37,135 nt of DNA from Campylobacterota bacterium (GTDB lineage Bacteria; Campylobacterota; Campylobacteria; Campylobacterales; Sulfurovaceae), in the NCBI GenBank assembly GCA_034722955.1, contig JAYEOM010000001.1, positions 1,752-38,886 of the forward strand, given 5' to 3'. The notes beneath the pieces were generated by a model, which did no database searches, was not told where the DNA came from, and saw only the letters and a list, made by a program, of their open reading frames with translations. The translations under genes were made by a program, and so were the position numbers. Below, one piece after another: positions 17,137 through 28,259 of the stretch. Position 1 is the first letter of the stretch. Each line of letters begins with the position of its first letter.

Positions 17137-19470
17137 TCACGGTTTTGATTTTTCTAATTTTATAAAGTATAGCGATACTCCAAGTTTTCTCAAATCTTTA
17201 GAGTACTCTACTTCACTAGGAGAGACTGCATCGGGAATAGTGATAGATATCGTCAACTCCTTCTCATTTTCACTCAATAGTTCTGCAGGAATATCAATAT
17301 AATACTCCTGTGGATTGATAGTAACTACTTTAAATTGCTTCAGTAAAACTCCTTGGATTGAGAAAGAGACTGCTCTAGGTTTATCCGGTGCAGCGTAGTA
17401 GGTACCAAATTTCAGATCTAATCGATAGTTACTGCTTCTATCGAGTTTATCTATAGGAATGATCAATTGTGCTTCGCTGCCTGACCAGACAGCTTCAGAA
17501 CCGATACTATACCAGCCTTTGCCGAGCAGTTTCGGAGCCAAATCTGAAGAGCTGTTAATGTATATCATCTCTTCAGGTCTGAAAGAGTGTTTGATTTTGT
17601 AGAGATAGGCATAAGTGTTTAAATGTACGGGTTTACTATGGTAGATATCGTCTGTATTTCTCCTCCACCAAAGAGGGAGAGAGAGTCTATCTACCTGAGT
17701 ATACAGCTCCTCATTAAGGTCACATCTCGAAGTAGAGAGACATAACAAAAACTCACTCTGAAAAACATCCGGTTCCAAAACAAGATCTCTGTTTAGTTGA
17801 TCTCTGTCCACTTTTTGATAACTTTTGACATCTACTCCTGTCACATAAAATCCTCTATACATCAACTGTTTTGCATCGAAACTTCCATAACGAATATCCT
17901 CATCATAAACTACGGAGATCTTTTTATCTTTTGCTCTGTCAGATAGCCATGTAAATATCTTTGATGAGTTGGAGAGATACCCTTCACTCGAAACTATATT
18001 TAACATGGTTAAATTTATGGAGTAAAAAAAGAGAAGAGTCAATAGTGAAACAGCTGATAGTAATAAAACTTTTTTATTGGAGAAATATTTTCCCAAAAAG
18101 TTATAAAATAGCTTTACCACAACTCCTAAAGATACAATATGTATAATAAAAAATTCGGAGAAATAGTATCTGTGCCAATAGAGTAACATCTCATGCTGAT
18201 CGGATATAGAGACTCCCTGCATTGTAAATGGTATAGAAAATAGTGCATACAAGATCACAAAAAGCAGTAGCAGTCTATCCCCCATGGCTGCCCTATAGTG
18301 GATATACAACCCACCAAATATAGCAGCTATTGCAAGCATGATGCCGAGGTCTTCTCTTGCCAATCCAAACTCATTTAAGAGGAGCAGATCGATAAAACTA
18401 GAACTTTTTTTCATAGAGAAAAAAAGTGCAACGACAATCTTTAGTGCGATAGCTGACAAGACAAATATGAGTGGCAGATTGAGAGCTCTAAAACTCTTCT
18501 CTCTCCATCTCATAACATAGATAGATCCTACAAAAAATGCTATAAAACCATATAGAATCATCATCAATTCAGCGATAGTAATACCAGGGATAATACGGCT
18601 ATATTGCCAACCTATCAGATATCTGTATTTTATAGGCAGGGTGTAATGTATGGATAGTGCCAACAGTAACATAGAAACAGTGATCATGATAACGACCCTG
18701 AAGTTACCAAATCTCCAAAAATGATATAGACTCAAAAATATGATCCAACCATATATAAAAACTGCCGAACCTCTACTCATAGGCAACAGTATTATAAGAA
18801 GATAAAACGGAAACCATACTCTCCAGCTTGGTCTCTTTTGGTTTATGATCAGATATCCATAATAGATCAGCAAAAGGATAAAAATCTGCCAAATTGGTTC
18901 AGAAAAAGTCGTTTTTGAAAGCCATATATCTAAAGGGATTGACTGCACGAAGAAGATAAAAGCCAAAGCCAATATCCGATTGATCCCCAACTCTCTAAAG
19001 AGAAGATATAGGAGACCAAGAGCATTAAGATAGATCAAAACAGTCACAATAGGTAGATACTTATATCCAAATATTTTAAATCCTATCGCTGCCACAGAGC
19101 TAGTAAAAGGCAAAAAGAATCCTATATCATCACCCTTTAGAGCAGAACTCACACCGGCCCAATAGTAGTCTGAAGCATCTCCGATGATAAGGGAGAAGTC
19201 TGCAGGAGTCATTCTCAGTGAAAAATAGACAACAGTAAGTCCAATAACCAGCACTGTCGATACTAAAGAGGAGCTACCCTTTTCTATATCACTCCTGATA
19301 GCCGATAAGATCAAAATCAAGCTCAACAGAAGTGCGGCAAAAGATATATAATATAGCGGGGGAGTACCGCTGAAGTAAGCTAGCATACTCACAACAAATC
19401 CAGCTATCAATACTACTGTACTTATATGAAAAGTATTTAGTTCACTCTCTTGCATAGCTTGCATGCTCAA
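17137..19470 (-). CDS. Large polytopic membrane protein, putative GT-C glycosyltransferase with a periplasmic C-terminal beta-domain
   Basis: More than 14 hydrophobic segments; loop motif GDASDYY and FSEP typical of GT-C; soluble tail of about 290 aa containing GWYSIGSEAVWS. Confidence 0.55.
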   Translation of the reverse strand: MSMQAMQESELNTFHISTVVLIAGFVVSMLAYFSGTPPLYYISFAALLLSLILILSAIRSDIEKGSSSLVSTVLVIGLTVVYFSLRMTPADFSLIIGDASDYYWAGVSSALKGDDIGFFLPFTSSVAAIGFKIFGYKYLPIVTVLIYLNALGLLYLLFRELGINRILALAFIFFVQSIPLDIWLSKTTFSEPIWQIFILLLIYYGYLIINQKRPSWRVWFPFYLLIILLPMSRGSAVFIYGWIIFLSLYHFWRFGNFRVVIMITVSMLLLALSIHYTLPIKYRYLIGWQYSRIIPGITIAELMMILYGFIAFFVGSIYVMRWREKSFRALNLPLIFVLSAIALKIVVALFFSMKKSSSFIDLLLLNEFGLAREDLGIMLAIAAIFGGLYIHYRAAMGDRLLLLFVILYALFSIPFTMQGVSISDQHEMLLYWHRYYFSEFFIIHIVSLGVVVKLFYNFLGKYFSNKKVLLLSAVSLLTLLFFYSINLTMLNIVSSEGYLSNSSKIFTWLSDRAKDKKISVVYDEDIRYGSFDAKQLMYRGFYVTGVDVKSYQKVDRDQLNRDLVLEPDVFQSEFLLCLSTSRCDLNEELYTQVDRLSLPLWWRRNTDDIYHSKPVHLNTYAYLYKIKHSFRPEEMIYINSSSDLAPKLLGKGWYSIGSEAVWSGSEAQLIIPIDKLDRSSNYRLDLKFGTYYAAPDKPRAVSFSIQGVLLKQFKVVTINPQEYYIDIPAELLSENEKELTISITIPDAVSPSEVEYSKDLRKLGVSLYFIKLEKSKP

Positions 19471-19490
19471 CCCTCTTGTAAAATCTCTAT

Positions 19491-20558
<1,068 letters not shown>

Positions 20559-20563
20559 TTACA

Positions 20564-20569
20564 ATTATA
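20564..20569 (-). promoter_or_regulatory. -10 box (gggTATAAT) upstream of gmd
   Basis: attataccc on the + strand; AAGGA RBS upstream of the gmd ATG. Confidence 0.55.
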
Positions 20570-20639
20570 CCCAATTTTTCTTCTATTTGTTTTAGGCTAC
20601 CCCTAATGAAACAATCATATAAAGATTTTATTGCTTATA

Positions 20640-20648
20640 TGCTATTAT
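20640..20648 (+). promoter_or_regulatory. Extended -10 (TGcTATTAT) for the FG-GAP/DUF4214 gene, divergent from gmd
   Basis: Motif lies about 35 bp upstream of ATG 20682, which has RBS AAGGGG. Confidence 0.5.
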
Positions 20649-20681
20649 ATATTAATCAAACCATTTATAAAAGGGGTGAAA

Positions 20682-22526
20682 ATGAAAAATATTATTGCAG
20701 GATTCGTAGCTATCAGTTGCAGCATGGGTATACTCAATGCTGCTTCACAATGGGAAAAAGTTTTAGATTTTGGTCCTATCAGAGATACTTCTATCTCTCT
20801 GTTTGATATAGACAATGATGGGAAAGATGAGATATTCATAGGCACAAGCAAGGGTTTGGATGCAAATCTCAATGAGGTAAGAGCAGCGGCTTTGATATGT
20901 CTCGAAGATGATGGCAGCGTCAAATGGACTAGAACTTTTCCCGCTATGGACTCTGTAGATATACAGACAGGTATCAAATACAATACCACATCCGTTACAA
21001 CAGCTCCATTTTTCAGTAACATAAGTGGTGATTTCCATATGGAGATATTGGTTGGTGTCGGGGGAGATACTATTGGTGAAGCTGCTGGTGTTGTAGGGCA
21101 GCCTGGAGACAAAGGTGGTATATATGCACTAGATAGCCATGGCAATATCTTGTGGTTTCACCAAAGTCTAGACACCATAGGAGGCAGTGCCAATGTAGGA
21201 GATGGAAGACCTGACGGAGTCTATGGATCGCCTATAGTATATGATTTGAACAGAGATGGCACAAGAGAAGTTATCTACAATGGCTGGGATCAGTATACTT
21301 GGGTATTGGATGCAAAATCCGGTCAAGAGAAGCTCAAAGTACATATGCTTGATACTATATGGTCAACCCCAAAGATAGCAGATATCAACAATGACAGCCA
21401 AGTGGAGATATTGGTCACAGGAGATATCACAACAAATGATCATGCTCAGGTACAGACTGGCGGTATTTTTCATGTACTATCTCCAAATGGTGAACAGAAT
21501 ATTGCAGGATTTGACCAGCCAGTCGGAAATCCTGCCTATCCGACACTAAGAGGCAAATGGGAAGAGCAGCCCCTATGGAGTAGTCCGATCACTTATGATA
21601 TTGATGGTGATGGCTTTTTGGAGATTGCATATGGCACGGGGAACTACTTTCATGATGGCAGAGGAGAGTATATAAAAGTATGGAACCACGACGGAAGTGA
21701 AAAATTTACGCTCCATACACATGGGAGGACATTTGCTACACCACTATTTGCAGATATCAATAATGATGGAAACATAGAGACAGTAGCAGCAACACTGGAT
21801 GGATATATACATGCTTGGGACAAGAGTGGTCAACAACTCTTTGCTGCTTCTATTACAGCAAATCCTATCTTCGGTGCACCTATAGCTGTAGATATCAACA
21901 ATGATGGTAAATTAGAGATCATATATGTAGATGGTGCACAGATAAGCATCCTCAATGCTTCGGGTCAAAGAGTAAACAATGATCTTGACTATATAGTAGA
22001 GTTTTACAAAGGCTCACCTGCTGTAAAAGATATAGACAATGATGGTATATTGGATCTCGTCAGTGGAGGCACAACTTTTGCCAAAGATCAAGCTGTTGTT
22101 CGAAAGTGGAGTTTAAGCGGTAGCAGAGCAGATGCCAAAGTTGGTCGCTATCAATATATAGGCTCCAACAAAAATCTACAAGATTTTACAAAAAGATTTT
22201 ATAGGGAGATACTCAACAGAGATGCTGAACCTGCCGGCTTGAACTACTGGACTGACGGACTTATCACCGGTATACTTACTGGGTCAGATTTGGCAAAAAG
22301 CTTTATGTTTTCCCAAGAGTTTAAAGATAGAAATACAGATGACGAAACCTACCTTACGATACTCTATAGATCATTTTTCAACAGAGAACCTGATGCAGCT
22401 GGATTCAATCTGTGGCTAACTCAACTACAAGATGGGGTATCTCGCGAGGGGATACTTGATAGCTTTTTGCACTCTAAGGAGTTTAACGACTTATGCAGAG
22501 CATACAACATAAGAGCCACAAGGTAG
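20682..22526 (+). CDS. Secreted FG-GAP/VCBS-like repeat (beta-propeller) protein with C-terminal DUF4214 domain; putative surface protein
   Basis: Signal peptide MKNIIAGFVAISCSMGILNA (start moved to 20682 because of the RBS); about 8 DxDxDG-like Ca-binding motifs; C-terminal tandem FYREILNRDAEPAGLNYW / LYRSFFNREPDAAGFNLW...SKEF typical of DUF4214. Confidence 0.8.
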   Translation: MKNIIAGFVAISCSMGILNAASQWEKVLDFGPIRDTSISLFDIDNDGKDEIFIGTSKGLDANLNEVRAAALICLEDDGSVKWTRTFPAMDSVDIQTGIKYNTTSVTTAPFFSNISGDFHMEILVGVGGDTIGEAAGVVGQPGDKGGIYALDSHGNILWFHQSLDTIGGSANVGDGRPDGVYGSPIVYDLNRDGTREVIYNGWDQYTWVLDAKSGQEKLKVHMLDTIWSTPKIADINNDSQVEILVTGDITTNDHAQVQTGGIFHVLSPNGEQNIAGFDQPVGNPAYPTLRGKWEEQPLWSSPITYDIDGDGFLEIAYGTGNYFHDGRGEYIKVWNHDGSEKFTLHTHGRTFATPLFADINNDGNIETVAATLDGYIHAWDKSGQQLFAASITANPIFGAPIAVDINNDGKLEIIYVDGAQISILNASGQRVNNDLDYIVEFYKGSPAVKDIDNDGILDLVSGGTTFAKDQAVVRKWSLSGSRADAKVGRYQYIGSNKNLQDFTKRFYREILNRDAEPAGLNYWTDGLITGILTGSDLAKSFMFSQEFKDRNTDDETYLTILYRSFFNREPDAAGFNLWLTQLQDGVSREGILDSFLHSKEFNDLCRAYNIRATR

Positions 22527-22537
22527 GTGAAGATTAA

Positions 22538-23935
22538 ATGCAAAGAATTTTTCTAGATTGCTCTTATCTATATGCACATACAGAGCTAAATACTGGTATA
22601 CAGAGAGTGGTAAGACGCATCATAGAAAATCTGGATGAACTCTCTGCAGAGTACGATATAGAGGTGATACCTGTCAATATCAGTCATCGTCAATTTATGA
22701 AGATAGATAGAGCAGACCTCTATCCATCTATCACACAGAGCAGTGAAGCAGATCAAGATGACAGTGAGACAAAAAACAGTCAAGAGAGCAAGCCACCATT
22801 TCACCTCAAAAGCTATCTCTTTAGTGTATACAATAGCTTCAGATCACTCATTATGGCTCTTCTGCCCTTTAGTGGTGTACGCAAATTTATGGACAATCCT
22901 AGAGATAGTTTTGGGCTTAACTATATAGTTTACAATCTAACCATAAGACCATTAAGGGCGATCAAGAGACTATTTAGGAGCAATCCCATAGCAGACCAGA
23001 CGATCAAAACAGATATATCAATAGAGAAAAATGATATCTTGATACTTATCGACTCAACATGGTATATGGATATCTGGCCCGCTGTCGAGTTCTTCAAGCA
23101 AGAGGGTGGAGAGGTCAATGCTATCATATATGACCTCATACCCATCACACATGATCAATTTTGTGATGCTTTTCTCGCTGAAGTGTTCAAAAAATGGTTT
23201 TATGATTCACTAAAATATGTAGATGGCTATATAGCCATATCTGAAACAGTAAAAAAAGATCTCATCGAGTTTTTAAATGATGAATTTGGTCAAGAGATTA
23301 AAGAGAAAAAATTTGATCACTTTTTGCTTGGAAGCGACTTCAATTACCAAAAGCAACAAGAGTCCACTATCAGATATACTCTGCCTTGTCTTTTCAAGAT
23401 ACGGCCAACCTATATCATAGTCTCCACAGTAGAGCCTAGAAAAAACCATGATTATCTATTGGATGCATTTGACATACTGTGGCAAAAGGGCGTAGATGTA
23501 AACCTCTGTATTATAGGTAGAGTAGGCTGGAAAGTAGAAGAGACAATGAGACGAATCCAACAAAGCCCTCAATACAACCAAAAGCTTATACACTTTTCAG
23601 ATCTAAATGATGACGAGCTTCTATACTGCTACAGACATGCAAAAATGCTGCTATTTCCATCTATAGTGGAGGGGTTTGGACTCCCGATAGTAGAGAGTCT
23701 GACCAATCACCTGCCTGTCTTGGCAAGTGATACACCCATACATAGAGAAGTTGGAAAGGATAAGATAGGCTACTTTGATCTCTCCAAGCCCAGAGATTTG
23801 GCTGATGAGATTATCGGCATAGAGAGAGATGGCATCCCTCAAAATCTAAAAGTTGATCCAAACTATCATTGGCAAGATTGGAGAGAGAGCAGTAGATACC
23901 TGCTAGATAGAGTGATGATATTAAATCAACAGTAG
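22538..23935 (+). CDS. GT4 glycosyltransferase (WbpX-like, TGIQRVV type)
   Basis: TGIQRVVR, YDLIP, STVEPRKNH, EGFGLPIVE. Confidence 0.85.
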   Translation: MQRIFLDCSYLYAHTELNTGIQRVVRRIIENLDELSAEYDIEVIPVNISHRQFMKIDRADLYPSITQSSEADQDDSETKNSQESKPPFHLKSYLFSVYNSFRSLIMALLPFSGVRKFMDNPRDSFGLNYIVYNLTIRPLRAIKRLFRSNPIADQTIKTDISIEKNDILILIDSTWYMDIWPAVEFFKQEGGEVNAIIYDLIPITHDQFCDAFLAEVFKKWFYDSLKYVDGYIAISETVKKDLIEFLNDEFGQEIKEKKFDHFLLGSDFNYQKQQESTIRYTLPCLFKIRPTYIIVSTVEPRKNHDYLLDAFDILWQKGVDVNLCIIGRVGWKVEETMRRIQQSPQYNQKLIHFSDLNDDELLYCYRHAKMLLFPSIVEGFGLPIVESLTNHLPVLASDTPIHREVGKDKIGYFDLSKPRDLADEIIGIERDGIPQNLKVDPNYHWQDWRESSRYLLDRVMILNQQ

Positions 23936-24057
23936 GGGTCTGGTGTTGAGTGTTTTGTGAAGCGTAGCGGAATGAAACAGTCGACACCTGACCTCAACTA
24001 AACGATTGAGTGTTTTGTGAAGCGTAGCGGAATGAAACAGTCGACACCTGACCTCAA
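23935..24057. repeat. REP-like palindromic element with an exact 52-bp direct duplication (period 60)
   Basis: ttgagtgttttgtgaagcgtagcggaatgaaacagtcgacacctgacctcaa at 23946-23997 and 24006-24057; the first copy plus its flank forms an imperfect inverted repeat (ggggtctggtgttgagtgtttt / gaaacagtcgacacctgacctc). Confidence 0.85.
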
Positions 24058-24062
24058 ACTAT

Positions 24063-25538
24063 TCAAAAATCTCTACTACTTATCTCTTTTTGCGTGTAGT
24101 ACTCTATAAAAAATTTCATCTCATCTCTTGAGATTACTCTTATTTCATTGGTTGAGCCATGTTCGCCTATGGGGTCTCCTGCGGTAAATATGTAGGTATC
24201 TTTCATGTTGAGTACACCTCTACTCAATCCCTGCTTCATAACATCTCCTATCATGCTCTTGATATCACCACTTTGGACAGTAAACGCTGGCACTACGCCC
24301 CATACCAGAGTCAATGATCTTGCTACTGCTTGGTCGTTTACTATGGCATATATTGGTATACTTGGGCGATATCTAGCTATCTTTTTGGCTGATTGACCTG
24401 TCGCTGTCATGGTCATAATACCGGATGCACCTATGCTCTGCGATAAACGAGCTGCAGACTCATCTATCTTGTCATCACTGTCAAACATATCAAACTCTGA
24501 AAATTTATGGAATGGGTATTGCTTCTCTGCAGCTTGTATAGTCTGAACCATGGTCTCTACAGCCAAGACTGCATGTTTGCCTATAGCACTCTCTTCTGAT
24601 AGCATCACAGCATCAGTACCATCTAGTACAGCATTGGCAACATCACTTATCTCTGCTCTTGTAGCTCTCTCATTTTTAGTCATAGATAGTAGCATTTGTG
24701 TTGCTGTAATGACCGGTTTTGAGTGGTTATTTGCTTTTTTGATCAACATCTTTTGTATCTCTGGCACATCAAAATATGGTATCTCTATCCCTAGATCACC
24801 TCTAGCTACCATGATGCCATCACTAACTTTTAAAATCTCATCTATATTCTCTAGAGCATCAAACTTCTCTATCTTTGCGATGAGTTGTACTTTTGAGCCA
24901 TGTTGGTTCACTATCTTTTTGGCATCTAGTATATCTAATGCACTCTGCACAAATGATATCGCCATAAAGTCTACACCATTGTTGATACCCCACAGCATAT
25001 CACTCTTGTCTTTTTGCGTAAGTACATCTATACCCAATCTCGTATTTGGGAAATTGACACCTTTTTGTGATGACAACATACCATCGTTTTCTATGGCGAC
25101 AGTCACTCCATGGGCACTGGTATCACTCACTACTGCACGGATGATACCGTCATATAGATATATATATTCACCGACAGCTAGCTGATCTAGTATCTCTGGC
25201 TCATTGATAGAGAGTTGATAGTGACTATCATCGATCTTTTTCCCAACTATCTTCTCTTTTAGAAACTCTATACTATCTCCTGTACGGAGATTAAAATCCT
25301 CTTCAAGCATACCTATTCTGATCTTTGGTCCACTGATATCTTGTAGTATTCCTGTCACTAGACCTGTAGACTCACTCGCTCTTTTGATGCGTTCAAATAC
25401 CTCAGAGTGGTACTTATGAGTTCCATGGCTGAAGTTGAGTCTAAAGAGATTGACTCCAGCTCTTATAAGTGCGATGATCTGCTCTAGTGAGTCAGAAGCA
25501 GGTCCTATCGTTGCTACAATTTTTGTGCGTTTTTTCAT
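24063..25538 (-). CDS. pyk: Pyruvate kinase
   Basis: TKIVATIGPAS, RLNFSHG, AKIEK, MVARGDLG, ATQML, TDAVMLSEESA. Confidence 0.97.
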   Translation of the reverse strand: MKKRTKIVATIGPASDSLEQIIALIRAGVNLFRLNFSHGTHKYHSEVFERIKRASESTGLVTGILQDISGPKIRIGMLEEDFNLRTGDSIEFLKEKIVGKKIDDSHYQLSINEPEILDQLAVGEYIYLYDGIIRAVVSDTSAHGVTVAIENDGMLSSQKGVNFPNTRLGIDVLTQKDKSDMLWGINNGVDFMAISFVQSALDILDAKKIVNQHGSKVQLIAKIEKFDALENIDEILKVSDGIMVARGDLGIEIPYFDVPEIQKMLIKKANNHSKPVITATQMLLSMTKNERATRAEISDVANAVLDGTDAVMLSEESAIGKHAVLAVETMVQTIQAAEKQYPFHKFSEFDMFDSDDKIDESAARLSQSIGASGIMTMTATGQSAKKIARYRPSIPIYAIVNDQAVARSLTLVWGVVPAFTVQSGDIKSMIGDVMKQGLSRGVLNMKDTYIFTAGDPIGEHGSTNEIRVISRDEMKFFIEYYTQKEISSRDF

Positions 25539-25581
25539 ATATTGTTCTCCTTAGTTAGTTTTACGGTGTGTAATTTTACTT

Positions 25582-26358
25582 CTATTTGGCACTGAAAAGT
25601 GTGCCACCTTTATGAATACCATCTAGTAGAAAACTCTCTGCATCACATAGGTCAAAACCACTAGCTAGAAACATCTCTTTTTCATGTGACATCATAAATT
25701 CTGCTGATTGCAATTTGGTTACGATACCACCTGTAGCAAACTCATTGTTAGGGGTGTGCTCTGCAGAGAGCTCCCCCTCCTCTATCGTATGGACTACGGA
25801 TCTAACTTTGGCATCACTATAGCGATGAGGATCTTTATCATAATAGGCATCTATATCAGAGAGTATTGCTAACATCTCTGCACCAAAATAGTAAGCGACA
25901 TGTGCTGAGAGTCTATCGTTATCCCCAAAGACTAACTCATCGACACTTACTGTATCATTTTCATTGATGATCGGCACTACTCCATGGGAGAGTAGAGTAT
26001 CTATAGCCATTTTGGCATGAGCTGTATGTCTGCGTGAATCAAAAACATCTGCACTCAATAAAACTTGAGAGCAGAGCGTATGATGTTTAGCAAAATTATC
26101 TTGGTACATCCCTAACAAAAAAGGTTGACCTATTGCAGCTAGTGCCTGTCTATTAGCAACGACACTTCTATCTAGTGCCAACTGTGTATATCCGGCAGCT
26201 ACAGCTCCAGAACTGACTAGGATAATCTCTTGTCTGTCTGCTTTGAGTTTGGCTATGAGTTCTACTAGTGCCAGCATTCTCTCTTTTGCTATTGCACCTT
26301 TTTGGGTCAATACATGAGAGCCAACCTTTATCACAACTCTTTTGATATTATCAGCCAT
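25582..26358 (-). CDS. proB: Glutamate 5-kinase (no PUA domain)
   Basis: [38 protein letters not shown]. Confidence 0.96.
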   Translation of the reverse strand: MADNIKRVVIKVGSHVLTQKGAIAKERMLALVELIAKLKADRQEIILVSSGAVAAGYTQLALDRSVVANRQALAAIGQPFLLGMYQDNFAKHHTLCSQVLLSADVFDSRRHTAHAKMAIDTLLSHGVVPIINENDTVSVDELVFGDNDRLSAHVAYYFGAEMLAILSDIDAYYDKDPHRYSDAKVRSVVHTIEEGELSAEHTPNNEFATGGIVTKLQSAEFMMSHEKEMFLASGFDLCDAESFLLDGIHKGGTLFSAK

Positions 26359-27508
26359 CACTATCCTCTACATTCTCCTTTTTTACAACTGCATCACTCT
26401 TTATATTTTTTCTATTCTCTGATTTGACAAAGTCGGCCAAAGCATACCGGAGTGCTTCTGTATTGAACTGTCCCACAGAGGAGATAGGGAGAACAAAACT
26501 TGGTTCATTCTCTGGATACTCATCCCAAGTTTCACGCTTGAAACCATAACTGAGATATCTCATATCTGCCTTGTACTTTTTGAGTTCATCGTTGGCTCTA
26601 TATCCAATATCTTCCAAAAATATCTCTGTCAATAGATTTACCTCATCCAGAGAGAGAGCATCTATCTTCGTGATCACGATAGCATGATTGCGACTAGCTA
26701 ACTCAACAGAGTATCGCTGAATCTCCTCTTTGAGGATGTTGTATTGATACTTCATCTCTCGGTAGTTTGTAGCATCGATCATAAAGAGCAGTGTCTTGGT
26801 ACGCTCTATATGTTTGAGAAACTCCAATCCCAACCCTCTGCCATCACTGGCTCCTTCGATGATCCCTGGTATATCAGCCATCATAAAAGAGTCATACTCT
26901 CCGACCATAACCACACCTAGTTTAGGTGTCAGCGTTGTGAACTCATAGTTGGCAACTTGCGGTCTGGCATTGGAGAGTGTAGCTATCAGTGTAGACTTTC
27001 CTACATTGGGGAAACCGAGCAACCCAACATCAGCGATCATCTTCATCTCTAAGCGTATCCGCTTGGTGATACCGGGAAGTCCGGGCTGTGCATAAGTAGG
27101 TCTTTGGTTGGTTGAGCTCTTGAAGTGCAGATTTCCCAGACCGCCTTTGCCTCCATCTAGGAACTTTATCTTTTCGCCCTCTTCTAAGAGATCGAGGAGA
27201 ACTTCACCACTCTCCATATCCACCACTTGTGTTCCGGGAGGAACTATCACAACAGTATCTTCTCCTCTTCTGCCATAACATTTTCGTCCCTCTCCGGGAC
27301 GACCATTTTCTGCTTTTATGACACTTCTGCCTCGTAGAGCACTGAGAGTATCTGTGTTATTATCTACTTTGAAAAAGATAGAGCCTCCACGACCGCCATC
27401 TCCACCATCAGGACCGCCCTTGATAACAAACTTCTCCGTCCAGAATGAGACACACCCTGCTCCACCTTTACCCGAACTGATAACCAACTCTACATTATCT
27501 ACAAACAT
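26351..27508 (-). CDS. obgE: GTPase ObgE/CgtA
   Basis: Gly-rich Obg fold [13 protein letters not shown]1 [19 protein letters not shown]. Confidence 0.97.
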   Translation of the reverse strand: MFVDNVELVISSGKGGAGCVSFWTEKFVIKGGPDGGDGGRGGSIFFKVDNNTDTLSALRGRSVIKAENGRPGEGRKCYGRRGEDTVVIVPPGTQVVDMESGEVLLDLLEEGEKIKFLDGGKGGLGNLHFKSSTNQRPTYAQPGLPGITKRIRLEMKMIADVGLLGFPNVGKSTLIATLSNARPQVANYEFTTLTPKLGVVMVGEYDSFMMADIPGIIEGASDGRGLGLEFLKHIERTKTLLFMIDATNYREMKYQYNILKEEIQRYSVELASRNHAIVITKIDALSLDEVNLLTEIFLEDIGYRANDELKKYKADMRYLSYGFKRETWDEYPENEPSFVLPISSVGQFNTEALRYALADFVKSENRKNIKSDAVVKKENVEDSDG

Positions 27509-27581
27509 ATATAAACCTTTATCCGCAATTATCTATGATAGTAAAACTGCTGCGACCAAGGCAGCAGCAATAAATTACAGG

Positions 27582-27647
27582 ATTATATCTAAATTGATAC
27601 AAAATTGAGTTGGAATGCAGTAATAATTTAGTAATACTTGATATAAT
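27582..27647. promoter_or_regulatory. Divergent -10 boxes: TATAAT on minus (27582-27587, obgE) and TGaTATAAT on plus (27639-27647, lipoprotein)
   Basis: Consensus hexamers in an AT-rich intergenic region at plausible distances from both start codons. Confidence 0.55.
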
Positions 27648-27688
27648 TTATCTATTTACTTTAGAGAAAATAAAAAATAGGAGGGATT

Positions 27689-27958
27689 ATGACACTCAAA
27701 AAAATATTGGTATCTGCCGGGTTGATTGCCCTAACTGTCATATTTACTGCATGTTCAAACTCAAAACCAAAACCAAAAGAGTCCTATAAGCCACTTGACC
27801 TATCCCGTTCAACTCAGAGCTTTAAATCCGGTGCTCAAGATGGATGCAAGACAGCTGATGGCAAATATACCAAAAACCATAAAGCTTTCAATAATGATAT
27901 CGAATATCACGAAGGGTGGTTTGCCGGGCGTAGAAACTGCCAAGGACGACCGAGATAA
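27689..27958 (+). CDS. Small lipoprotein, hypothetical
   Basis: Strong RBS AGGAGG; signal peptide with lipobox FTAC; GAQDGC...YHEGWFAG...C pattern. Confidence 0.75.
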   Translation: MTLKKILVSAGLIALTVIFTACSNSKPKPKESYKPLDLSRSTQSFKSGAQDGCKTADGKYTKNHKAFNNDIEYHEGWFAGRRNCQGRPR

Positions 27959-27961
27959 CCC

Positions 27962-27982
27962 AGCCTAGCAAAGTGCTAGGTT
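27962..27982. terminator. Hairpin between the convergent lipoprotein gene and rpmA, probable terminator
   Basis: cctagca-aag-tgctagg inverted repeat. Confidence 0.55.
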
Positions 27983-27995
27983 AAAATAGCTCTGC

Positions 27996-28250
27996 TTATG
28001 CAGGTATAACAGAGACTTTTTTCTGGTTGTTTGATCTGTTTCCAAACTCAACGACACCATCGATAAGTGCAAAGATAGTATGATCTTTACCCATACCTAC
28101 ACCTCTACCTGGATGAACTTTAGTTCCTCTTTGTCTGATGATAATGTTACCTGGGATAACAGCCTCACCACCATATTTTTTCACGCCTAAACGACGACCC
28201 GCTGAATCGCGGTTGTTCTGGGTTGAACCCTGACCTTTCTTGTGTGCCAC
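27996..28250 (-). CDS. rpmA: 50S ribosomal protein L27
   Basis: [26 protein letters not shown] start with AGGAG RBS. Confidence 0.98.
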   Translation of the reverse strand: MAHKKGQGSTQNNRDSAGRRLGVKKYGGEAVIPGNIIIRQRGTKVHPGRGVGMGKDHTIFALIDGVVEFGNRSNNQKKVSVIPA

Positions 28251-28259
28251 TTTAGCTCC

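Noticed and set aside
20631..20681. N-terminal extension of the FG-GAP ORF given in the ORF track
   Set aside because: The promoter motif, RBS and signal peptide all point to ATG 20682.
23946..24057. Direct repeat considered as a CRISPR array
   Set aside because: Only two copies, a 52-bp unit with an 8-bp spacer, and no cas genes; the geometry does not fit CRISPR.
24550..25185. 211-aa plus-strand ORF
   Set aside because: Entirely antisense to pyk; a shadow ORF from codon bias.
27318..27608. 96-aa Pro-rich plus-strand ORF
   Set aside because: The Pro-richness is the reverse complement of the Gly-rich Obg N-terminus.
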